From: Bythopirellula sp. | GTDB taxonomy: Bacteria; Planctomycetota; Planctomycetia; Pirellulales; Lacipirellulaceae | DNA: 64,000 nucleotides | Direction of reading: 5' to 3' | Assembly (NCBI GenBank): GCA_965216565.1 | Contig: OZ244170.1 | Coordinates: forward strand, 3,520,001-3,584,000 | In this document: in pieces, positions 17,987-26,057 of the stretch | Layout of the letters: every line of letters starts with the position of its first letter | Position numbering within the stretch: the stretch's first letter is position 1 | The notes under the pieces: generated by a model | Told to the model about the DNA's origin: nothing | Seen by the model: the letters and a program-made list of their open reading frames with translations, nothing else | Databases searched by the model: none | Translations under genes and position numbers: made by a program

Positions 17987-20395
17987 ATGGCAGAGTTTGA
18001 ACATCCCGGTTCGTTTTATCTTGGTCGTAAGCACGATCTCTCTGCGGGTGAAACCGGCACCGAACCCATTCTTTACGATAGCAAAGACCTAACCACGCAT
18101 GCGGTTTGCGTTGGTATGACCGGCAGTGGCAAAACGGGACTTTGCCTGTCGCTCATCGAAGAAGCGGCGCTCGACGGCATTCCCGTGATTGCGATCGATC
18201 CCAAGGGCGATCTTGGCAATTTATTGTTGGCCTTTCCTGAACTCCAACCGAGCGACTTCGAGCCGTGGGTCGATCCCACGGTAGCCTCTCAAAAGGGGCT
18301 CACCCAGGCGGAACTTGCCGAGAAAACTGCCGAGTTGTGGAAGAACGGCCTCGCCCAATGGGGCGAAGACGGCGAGCGGATTCGTCGCTTCAATAACTCG
18401 GTTGAAAAAACAATTTACACGCCGGGAAGTTCCGCGGGCATCCCGCTGACGGTTTTGAAATCGTTTGCCGCTCCTGCGAAAGAAATCGTCGCCGATGCCG
18501 ATGCCTTTCGTGAGCGCGTGCAGTCGACCACCTCGGGACTATTGGCGCTGCTGGGCATCGATGCCGATCCGGTGCGGAGTCGCGAACATATCTTCCTCTC
18601 CAACCTGTTGGATAGCGCTTGGCGCAAGGGCCGCAGCCTCGATCTGCCCGGCTTGATCCACGAAATCCAGCAGCCGCCGTTCGACAAGGTGGGCGTCATC
18701 GATCTGGAGAAGTTTTACCCAGCCAAAGAGCGTTTTGAGCTCGGTATGCAATTAAACAATCTGCTGGCCTCCCCCTCGTTTGCCAGTTGGTTGGAAGGCG
18801 AGCCGCTGAATATCAAGAATCTGCTCTACACCGCCGAAGGTCGACCGCGGCTTTCGATCCTTTCGATTGCCCACCTCAGCGAAGCGGAGCGGATGTTCTT
18901 CGTCACCATTCTGCTCGGCGAATTGTTGAGCTGGATGCGCACCCAACCAGGCACCGGCAGTTTGCGGGCACTGCTCTACATGGACGAAGTGTTCGGCTAT
19001 TTTCCACCCGTCGCCAATCCGCCCAGCAAACGCCCCATGCTCACGCTGCTCAAACAAGCGCGGGCTTATGGCGTGGGTGTGATGCTCGCCACTCAAAACC
19101 CTGTGGACCTCGACTACAAAGGTCTCTCCAACGCCGGCACGTGGTTTTTGGGCCGACTGCAAACGGAGCGCGACAAGGCGCGCGTGCTCGAGGGATTGGA
19201 GGGAGCCTCCGCCCAGGCGGGTTCGTTATTCAACCGAGCCGAGATGGAAGCCACCCTGGCCGGCCTCGGCAGCCGCGTTTTTCTTATGAACAATGTCCAC
19301 GACAATCAACCGCAAGTGTTTCACACCCGCTGGGCCATGTCGTACTTGGGCGGTCCGCTCACCCGCGATCAAATCAAGACGTTGATGGCCGATCGAAAAG
19401 CGAGCGAATCCAACGGTCAGGAAACAGCAGATTCTACCGGGACCGTCGTGGAGCCAGAGCCGGTTGTTACCAATCATCGCCCGGTGGTCACCGCGAGCGT
19501 CACACAAAAGTATTGGCCGGTCAGCGATTCACTACCCCGCGAAGTGGAAGTGCAGTACCGCCCTGCCCTGGTCGGCTATGCCCGGATGCACTTTGTGCGC
19601 GCCTCCTACGACGTCGATCTGTGGCGCGACTGCGTAGTGCTGCAAAGTGTGCATGGCAAATTGCGCGAGCCGGTGTGGGATTCGGCCATGGTCTTCGATC
19701 AAACCACCGAACTGCGGGACGATCCGGTAGCGGGTGCCTCCTACGCCGATCTGCCCTCGCCACTTGCCAACGAGAAGAATTACAAATCGTGGGAGAAAGA
19801 GCTTATCGATCATCTCTACCGCGCGGAGCGACTCGTCTGCTGGCGCTCGAAAGATCTCGACGCCTCATCGGAGCCCGACGAATCGGAGGGCGACTTCCGC
19901 ATTCGCATGTCGCAACTCGCCCGCGAAAAGAGGGACGAGCGGAAGGAAAAGGTTCGGGCAAGATACAAGCTTCGCCTGCAACGTGCCGAAGAGGCTGTTC
20001 GTAAAGCGGAAAGCTACTACCAACAACAGCGTTCACAGTTTTGGGGGCGGGTCGTCGGTGTGCTGATGATGATCCTCCAAGTGATATTGGGTGCTTTGGG
20101 GATGGGACGCTCTCGCCAGGTTTCAACATCCTCGGCAAACCAAGCCATGCGAGAACGGGGCGAAGCATCGCGCGCTGAGCAAAAACTAAAAGACAAGCAA
20201 GCCGCTCTCGAAGAACTGAAAGAAAAGATCCAAGGCGAAATCGAGGATCTGGAATTCGATTTCGAGCCGCAGAACATCGAGCTGGAAAAACTGGAGCTGC
20301 CCCCCATCAAAGGCGACCTGCGCGTCGACCGCGTTGTGCTCGCCTGGCTCCCCTGGCAAACCGACGCCGACGGCGTCTCGCACCCGGCCTACTAA
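17987..20395 (+). CDS. HerA/FtsK-superfamily ATPase (DUF87/DUF853-like) with C-terminal coiled coil
   Basis: HAVCVGMTGSGKT (Walker A), IDPKGD, LYMDE (Walker B), ARAYGVGVMLATQNP, and a C-terminal coiled coil interrupted by a hydrophobic segment. Confidence 0.85.
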   Translation: MAEFEHPGSFYLGRKHDLSAGETGTEPILYDSKDLTTHAVCVGMTGSGKTGLCLSLIEEAALDGIPVIAIDPKGDLGNLLLAFPELQPSDFEPWVDPTVASQKGLTQAELAEKTAELWKNGLAQWGEDGERIRRFNNSVEKTIYTPGSSAGIPLTVLKSFAAPAKEIVADADAFRERVQSTTSGLLALLGIDADPVRSREHIFLSNLLDSAWRKGRSLDLPGLIHEIQQPPFDKVGVIDLEKFYPAKERFELGMQLNNLLASPSFASWLEGEPLNIKNLLYTAEGRPRLSILSIAHLSEAERMFFVTILLGELLSWMRTQPGTGSLRALLYMDEVFGYFPPVANPPSKRPMLTLLKQARAYGVGVMLATQNPVDLDYKGLSNAGTWFLGRLQTERDKARVLEGLEGASAQAGSLFNRAEMEATLAGLGSRVFLMNNVHDNQPQVFHTRWAMSYLGGPLTRDQIKTLMADRKASESNGQETADSTGTVVEPEPVVTNHRPVVTASVTQKYWPVSDSLPREVEVQYRPALVGYARMHFVRASYDVDLWRDCVVLQSVHGKLREPVWDSAMVFDQTTELRDDPVAGASYADLPSPLANEKNYKSWEKELIDHLYRAERLVCWRSKDLDASSEPDESEGDFRIRMSQLAREKRDERKEKVRARYKLRLQRAEEAVRKAESYYQQQRSQFWGRVVGVLMMILQVILGALGMGRSRQVSTSSANQAMRERGEASRAEQKLKDKQAALEELKEKIQGEIEDLEFDFEPQNIELEKLELPPIKGDLRVDRVVLAWLPWQTDADGVSHPAY

Positions 20396-20412
20396 TTCGG
20401 CTGTCCCACCGT

Positions 20413-20496
20413 TGGGTGCCAGGCCACGGCGATCTGCCGCTGTGGGCATGCAGTCCTCGCTCCACATGCCCACGCAAGCGTGGAGCATGGCACCCA
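20413..20496. repeat. imperfect nested palindrome (GGGTGCCA...TGGCACCC type)
   Basis: Outer arms tgggtgcca 20413-20421 / tggcaccca 20488-20496; inner arms gtgggcatg 20442-20450 / catgcccac 20465-20473. Confidence 0.7.
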
Positions 20497-20520
20497 CTCC
20501 TCACCGCACTTTGTAGGTCC

Positions 20521-20545
20521 GTCGCTGCGCTGTGGCCCACCCTAC
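20521..20545 (-). repeat. GTAG-type REP copy
   Basis: The minus strand reads gtagggtgggccacagcgcagcgac, similar to the copies at 21894 and 22736. Confidence 0.55.
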
Positions 20546-20728
20546 CTTTTTGGCAGCTAAGCGTTATTCCGACACTCAGAGACACCTTTGGATAAAACTG
20601 AAAAGGGCACTCATAGGTCGGGACAGCAGCCGTTGGTTTGTCGGAAGGTGGCGACTAGAATAGAGCACCTACCACGTCCCCTTGCTGACCCCTATCGGTC
20701 GCCCCCACCAATACAAGGAACACCTCTC

Positions 20729-21223
20729 TTGCGTCCGAACTTCTTGATTCCGATCCTGCTTGGCCTCTGCACCTTCGCGGGCTGCCAACAACGGATCGCC
20801 ACCAGCTTGCTTGGCAAATGGGAAGGTGTCCCCGACACCGCAGCAGCGCGGCAATCGCGGGAAGCAGAGAAATATGGCGACAAATCCGACCCCGGAGCCC
20901 CCGAGTCGAAAGCAAAGCCCCCAACCGATTGGGAAGCTTACGACATACGAGTCGTTCTAGATTTTGTAAGCCGCAGCGATGTGAAGCTATCGCTGGACAA
21001 TGGCTCCCAGCCTGTCGAAGGCACCTGGAATATGGTGCAAGCCGGACCGGTTGCCTGCACCATCGAAATCGAAACACAAACCGCTGAAGATGGTGGCGCG
21101 GAACTTCGCCGTTACAAACTGGAACTCGATGAGCGTGACGGCCAGTTATACGGGTTCATCATGACCGAACTAGGTGCCGATCGCGGCCTCGGCGCACTCT
21201 ACTTTCGCCGCGCCGACAACTAA
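20729..21223 (+). CDS. hypothetical lipoprotein
   Basis: TTG start after aaggaa; LRPNFLIPILLGLCTFAG-C lipobox; LLGKWEG and GTW suggest a lipocalin-like barrel. Confidence 0.65.
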   Translation: MRPNFLIPILLGLCTFAGCQQRIATSLLGKWEGVPDTAAARQSREAEKYGDKSDPGAPESKAKPPTDWEAYDIRVVLDFVSRSDVKLSLDNGSQPVEGTWNMVQAGPVACTIEIETQTAEDGGAELRRYKLELDERDGQLYGFIMTELGADRGLGALYFRRADN

Positions 21224-21322
21224 GAGGTGAACAACTGCGAAGCGAGGACACATAACTTCTCCACAAGTCCCTCGCTCCCCTGCCCACCGCCTACTGCCCA
21301 CTCCCAAACCCAAAGGCCCCCC

Positions 21323-21829
21323 ATGTCTGAACGCGAACGTTGGATCGTTTATCCGTTGATCTTCTTCGCACTCGGCGCAGCGATTCGTGACAAACTCATC
21401 CAACGCGTAGAAACCAAAGAGATGATCTGCGAAAGCCTGCAGATTGTTGATTTGGAAAATCCTACTTATCCACTGGTAGAGCTAACATTCGCACGGCACT
21501 CTGGCAACGACCCCAACCAGCAAGCCGAGCAAGTGGGCTCGCTCCGCATTGTCGATAGCGATGGAAATCTGGTCGGGAGCATCGAAAGAAATGGCTATAT
21601 CGAACGCCTGCTCACCCGGCAGGTCCAAGTCGTCGACCCCCACGACCATCCTTTAGTGAATGTCGGCACCGAACCGGTCCTCGTACCGGGGACGATCAAC
21701 GAAGCAGGCAACGAGGGCACCATCACCCATCAAGGCGTGATCTATCTCAACAACGAAATGGTCGGCACCAGCAAAATAGAAGTGACTCCACCGCCCAGCA
21801 AAGAACCAAAACCAAACGAAACCCCCTAG
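21323..21829 (+). CDS. hypothetical membrane-anchored protein
   Basis: MSERERWIVYPLIFFALGAAIRDK N-terminal TM followed by a beta-rich body. Confidence 0.65.
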   Translation: MSERERWIVYPLIFFALGAAIRDKLIQRVETKEMICESLQIVDLENPTYPLVELTFARHSGNDPNQQAEQVGSLRIVDSDGNLVGSIERNGYIERLLTRQVQVVDPHDHPLVNVGTEPVLVPGTINEAGNEGTITHQGVIYLNNEMVGTSKIEVTPPPSKEPKPNETP

Positions 21830-21893
21830 ACCACAACAAACACCGCTTGCGTCTTCACGAAAAACAATGAACGACACCTACAGTACGTAGGGC

Positions 21894-21955
21894 CGTAGGG
21901 TGTGCCAAAGCAACGCGGCGGCACACCGAATGGGTTGATGTCAAAATCTCACCCT
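21894..21955 (+). repeat. GTAG-type REP, copy 1 of a direct repeat
   Basis: cgtagggtgtgccaaagcaacgcggcggcacaccgaa...gatgtcaaa; the first 37 nt match 22736-22772 at 35 positions. Confidence 0.8.
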
Positions 21956-22172
21956 AAACCACGATCGGAATGGTAGCCAGATTCGAGAGCACAAACGCGA
22001 TGGAGTTCCGTGCATTGCGTTGATTCCCAGACTGCGTCGGCGCTTCACGTTGAGCGCAGCTTAGCCAGCAGCTTGCTTTGACAATAAGCACAAATATAGA
22101 ATGGCGAGTACAACACAATAGCTATGACCGCCAAATCGCACGTTTATATTCTATTCCAACTGAGACCAGGCA

Positions 22173-22733
22173 GTGAATTTAGACAAGCTTCCAGAAAACC
22201 TACCGCAACCAATAGATGACGGTGCAGCAGACCACTTAGTCGGCGAGGGCCTTCCTAGAACTCTGCTTCGTACGACGAACAATGAGACTATCGACCTTAG
22301 CGATTCGACAGGACTGATTGTGCTTTACATCTATCCGATGACGGGACGGCCTGACACGCCGCTACCTGATGGTTGGAATGCCATCGCTGGTGCCAGGGGG
22401 TGCACACCCCAGTCTTGTAGTTTTCGAGACTCATACGAAGAGCTACGGGCACTGGGTGCAAAAATTTTTGGTCTCAGCTCACAGTCTACCGACTTTCAAC
22501 GGGAGGCAAAGAATCGCCTCAATCTTCCTTTCGAGTTGCTTAGCGACTCAGAATTGGCTCTAAAGTTTCAACTTGGTCTCCCCACCTTCAAAGTTAAGGA
22601 GATGGAATTATACAAGCGAGTTACACTTATCATTGTTGACTCTTCTATCCGCAAAGTGTTTTACCCTGTGTTCCCACCGAGTGAAAACGCCAACAAAGTA
22701 CTACTATGGTTACGGTCGAATACCCTAGATTAG
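22173..22733 (+). CDS. peroxiredoxin (BCP/PrxQ-like, AhpC/TSA family)
   Basis: VLYIYP, GARGCTPQSCSFRD (CxxxxC), LPFELLSD and KRVTLII...KVFYPVFPP. Confidence 0.9.
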   Translation: MNLDKLPENLPQPIDDGAADHLVGEGLPRTLLRTTNNETIDLSDSTGLIVLYIYPMTGRPDTPLPDGWNAIAGARGCTPQSCSFRDSYEELRALGAKIFGLSSQSTDFQREAKNRLNLPFELLSDSELALKFQLGLPTFKVKEMELYKRVTLIIVDSSIRKVFYPVFPPSENANKVLLWLRSNTLD

Positions 22734-22735
22734 TA

Positions 22736-22824
22736 CGTAGCGTGTGCCAAAGCAACGCGGCGACACACCGAACAAGACGATGTCAAACTTTCACTCTCGG
22801 TGGGCCTAGCGGCTCCACCCTACG
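22736..22824. repeat. REP doublet (REPIN/BIME-like): direct-repeat copy 2 plus an inverted GTAG REP
   Basis: cgtagcgtgtgccaaagcaacgcggcgacacacc at 22736; the minus strand reads cgtagggtggagccgctaggcccaccg over 22824-22798. Confidence 0.78.
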
Positions 22825-23345
22825 TCAGATAATTCTCGCTCTGAGATTCCGGCGGAAACGTGAACCACCGGGCGGCAAATCGCGAGCGCCTTACCTAACC
22901 TATTCGTGAAAGGCACGAACTAGGATCCCGTTCATCCAACAAATCCTGTCATCCTGTCTAACAAAACTTTCTCGGTACTAAAGAACAAGAAAACCCTCAC
23001 CGACTCCGCGCTACCTAAGAGAAATTGCAACCACCATTCTTGTGCCATTTCAAGCGCGATCGTCATACAACCAGTCGTGGAGGCAGAAATGCGTTCACAC
23101 AAAATAGGCGATCGCACAATTAGCTCGCTTGTATGGCAAAAATCGTGAGACACAAGATGTGCCCCTCATCCCCAGGCAGAGGTAGTGCCTTTTCTCGAGA
23201 GAAACGCGGCTTTCGAAAAAAAACGCGTATTGGGTCGCTTTTTGGGCAGTGGCTAAATCCACTTGCCTTAATCTATCACAAGGCCACGTGGTATCTAAGC
23301 CGTTCTTTTGGTCACTCAACTCGCAAATCGCAATTCGAATCTCTA

Positions 23346-25778
23346 CTACCGCTCAAAGTGAAACTCACCACTTGCGTTCGACGCGGGATTCAATGGCTGC
23401 GGGTGATTTGTGTTCGGTTGAAACGCAGGGACGACTTGCCCCGCACCGGGTTCATTCACGGTCGTGGGAATCGGTTCGGCTTTCGCCTTAGGTTCCCACA
23501 AGGCCGCTGCAGCGGCTTGGATTTGCGCGTTCGTTTGGCCCGGTTGTTCTGGGCTAGGAAAGGCGAACGGAGCGCCGGCAGTAATCGGCTGGGCAGCCAC
23601 TTCGGGAGCCCATTGGCCCGCAGCACGTAGAGCTGCAGTCTCTCCACTCGCTGGGATGGCTTGGAGGCCCGCTGTCTGTTCACCAGATTGCTGAGCGCTT
23701 AGTGACTGGGCATTCGCATGTGAGTCGCCCGCGTCTTCCGGTGCATCGGCGGAAGGCGGAAGCTGCTGGACTTCTTCGAATTCTGTCTCCGTTGGAATCA
23801 GCTCCAACGGCGAGACGTTGTCGAGCTGCTGTTCGTACGGCCCGTAAGCAACACGAGGAGCTTTGGCGGAAGCGTAACTCAGCGGCCGACGCTTGCCCCG
23901 CGATTGCTCTCGCTCGGCGGCATCCCGGTAAGCCATCTGAGGCCAGCCGCCCTCGCTGAGGTACACGCCGTCGTAGTCGAGCAAGGTTCCCTTGGCATAG
24001 TGGACGTTTTTCACTGCCAGCACATATTCCACCAGGCTACGTTGATGCCGGCTCTCGGCATCCGCCAGGCGTCGCTGGGCATCGAGGAACAGATCGAGTG
24101 GTGCTTTATCCGCTTCGAATTCGGCCCGAATTGCTTCTAGCTGCACACGGGCAGCATCTAACCGATTGAACGAAGTTTGCGAAACGACATAGGCCCGATC
24201 CATTTCCGCCACCGCAGCCGCCACGTCGTGAAGCACCTGACGCTCTTGCTCCTGCAGAATGGTACGTTCGCGGGCCAGTTGCAACTGGGCGTTACGAGTC
24301 GCAGCAAAGCCACGGCGGAAGCCGAGCGGCACATTCAACTCCACCCCTGCTTGCCATTCCTGGAAGTCGCCGCCGGTGAGGTTTTCGTAGGCATTGTCGA
24401 ATGCTGGATTGTTGTTGTCCGGATCGAGTAGATCCTGCCCAAATCCCCGCCAACGGTAGCGACCGATGACATCGAACCGAGGCAGGAGGTAATTCTTGCT
24501 GGCAATCCACTCCAGCTCGCGACGTCGCACTTCAAACCGTTGGCGACGGAGTTCGCCACGTCGGATTAGCGATTCGCGAGTAATCTCGCACCAATCGAAG
24601 GCTACCGGCGCCGTTAATGGCTCGTCGGCAGGCCGGACCAGTCGGCCGTCGCTGGGCGGCAAGCCCATCAGCAGCCGTAAACGACGTTCCGCCACGTGCA
24701 CACCTACATTCGCACGGAAAGTACCGCCACCAAAACCGTTGCCAGTCCGTGTACCGTCGATCAGCCGACCTGTGAGGGCGTTTTCCACCTCTTCCTGAAA
24801 GCGGAAATACTGCTCGCGAGCTTGTGCTTCCTTGAACGCCTCGCCACCGCGTCGCCCGGCTTCGAAACGAGCCTGAACGCCCCGCCAGGTTTCCAGAGCG
24901 GCGTCTCGTGCTTTGATCTTCGCATCAAGATCGCGGTAAGCATAGTAAAGGTCCCAGTAGGCGTTTTCCACGTTACTGACGAGGTCGCGAACCGCCAGTT
25001 CGAAATCTGCCAGCTCAACATCTGTGTTCACACGGGCGATCAGCACACCGTTGTAGACGCCCGGGGTCGTGCTCGGCCCGGCAATGCGGTTGAATTCCAT
25101 GCCGCTGCCCTGCAGCAGAGGATGACGGAACTCCGATTCGAAATTCACGTTCCAAGCACTGGGAAACAAGTTGCTGGGGGCGTTGTTTGAATCGTATTCG
25201 ATATTGTGGCGAAAACTGAATTCCGAGCCGGTAACAGCCCGTTTTGAGAGCTGCGACTGAATAACTGCCAGGTCCTGCTGCAGGATCCGAGTGCCGCCGC
25301 CGAAAAACTCGTTGTTGATCGCCTTGTCGTTCTTCTCGCCGAACACGCTGGTACTGAACTGGGCATCGAAGGCACTAAGTGCGGCGTCGATGCCGAACCG
25401 TGGATCGGTCTCTCTCACCGCGGGATCCCAATAGGTTTCTACCGAAGAAGGCGCCCGAAGCACGGCCCCACCCAATTCACGCAATACCTTCGACTGCGAA
25501 AGGGCCAGATGGACGACCTCTTCTAGCGGCAACTCCCAGTATTCAGGTTCTTCGTTGTCGGAAAGAGTGAGCGGCTCGACACATGCCCAACTCGAATCAA
25601 CCGCGCAGCACTGATTGACTTGTGGGTACTCGATCTCCGAGGCCATCGTGCGATAACAATCGGACGATTTACCCGCTTTGAAATCGCAGGCCGAGCGACC
25701 GTGGCAACCTAGAGTGGCTGCCAAGACGCTACTAAGCAGTGCGAAGAGTTGCATTTTTGTGGATGGCTGTCTGTACAT
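23346..25778 (-). CDS. TolC-family outer membrane efflux protein (lipoprotein, long low-complexity C-terminal tail)
   Basis: LAATLG-C lipobox, LPLEEVVHLAL, DLVSNVENAYWDLY, LLPRFDV, LNVPLG and LDLFLDAQRRL OEP motifs. Confidence 0.88.
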   Translation of the reverse strand: MYRQPSTKMQLFALLSSVLAATLGCHGRSACDFKAGKSSDCYRTMASEIEYPQVNQCCAVDSSWACVEPLTLSDNEEPEYWELPLEEVVHLALSQSKVLRELGGAVLRAPSSVETYWDPAVRETDPRFGIDAALSAFDAQFSTSVFGEKNDKAINNEFFGGGTRILQQDLAVIQSQLSKRAVTGSEFSFRHNIEYDSNNAPSNLFPSAWNVNFESEFRHPLLQGSGMEFNRIAGPSTTPGVYNGVLIARVNTDVELADFELAVRDLVSNVENAYWDLYYAYRDLDAKIKARDAALETWRGVQARFEAGRRGGEAFKEAQAREQYFRFQEEVENALTGRLIDGTRTGNGFGGGTFRANVGVHVAERRLRLLMGLPPSDGRLVRPADEPLTAPVAFDWCEITRESLIRRGELRRQRFEVRRRELEWIASKNYLLPRFDVIGRYRWRGFGQDLLDPDNNNPAFDNAYENLTGGDFQEWQAGVELNVPLGFRRGFAATRNAQLQLARERTILQEQERQVLHDVAAAVAEMDRAYVVSQTSFNRLDAARVQLEAIRAEFEADKAPLDLFLDAQRRLADAESRHQRSLVEYVLAVKNVHYAKGTLLDYDGVYLSEGGWPQMAYRDAAEREQSRGKRRPLSYASAKAPRVAYGPYEQQLDNVSPLELIPTETEFEEVQQLPPSADAPEDAGDSHANAQSLSAQQSGEQTAGLQAIPASGETAALRAAGQWAPEVAAQPITAGAPFAFPSPEQPGQTNAQIQAAAAALWEPKAKAEPIPTTVNEPGAGQVVPAFQPNTNHPQPLNPASNASGEFHFER

Positions 25779-26057
25779 GTCAGCAGATCGCTTTGTCGAA
25801 TCCTGGCCACCCCTGGCAGTAACTCAATGACGGTACGCACGGCGATTACGTAAGCCGATGGACCCTCGCTATCGTTTTCGGCGCCCGAGAACCGGAATAA
25901 CCAGAGTTTTCGTGCCGAATTGTTAAAAACATCAAACTTTGCTCGACAGTCAGAGTTTGCGCAAGTTGCCAGCAGCGGCCTCTGGCATCGCTGTTTCCGT
26001 CTATTGTTCGCCGCTAGCAAGAGTGTTTTCTGCGGTCTTGGATATACTGAAACTGTG

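Noticed and set aside
18787..20004. 405-aa alternative-frame ORF inside the HerA gene
   Set aside because: Arg/Ser/Gly-rich composition typical of off-frame reading of GC-rich DNA, and fully nested in a well-supported CDS.
22078..22102. TTGACA...TAGAAT promoter for the peroxiredoxin gene
   Set aside because: The spacer is only 13 nt, too short for a sigma70 promoter.
21894..22824. CRISPR array or integron attC sites
   Set aside because: Only two direct copies about 840 bp apart, no regular spacers, no cas or intI gene, and no clear RYYYAAC/GTTRRRY ends; a GTAG REP fits better.
15415..23340. Prophage or integrative element at tRNA-His
   Set aside because: No integrase, phage genes or att duplication were seen in the window.
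22932..23630. Short ORFs in the gap between prx and tolC
   Set aside because: No recognisable motifs, mutually overlapping, and partly antisense to tolC; treated as non-coding.
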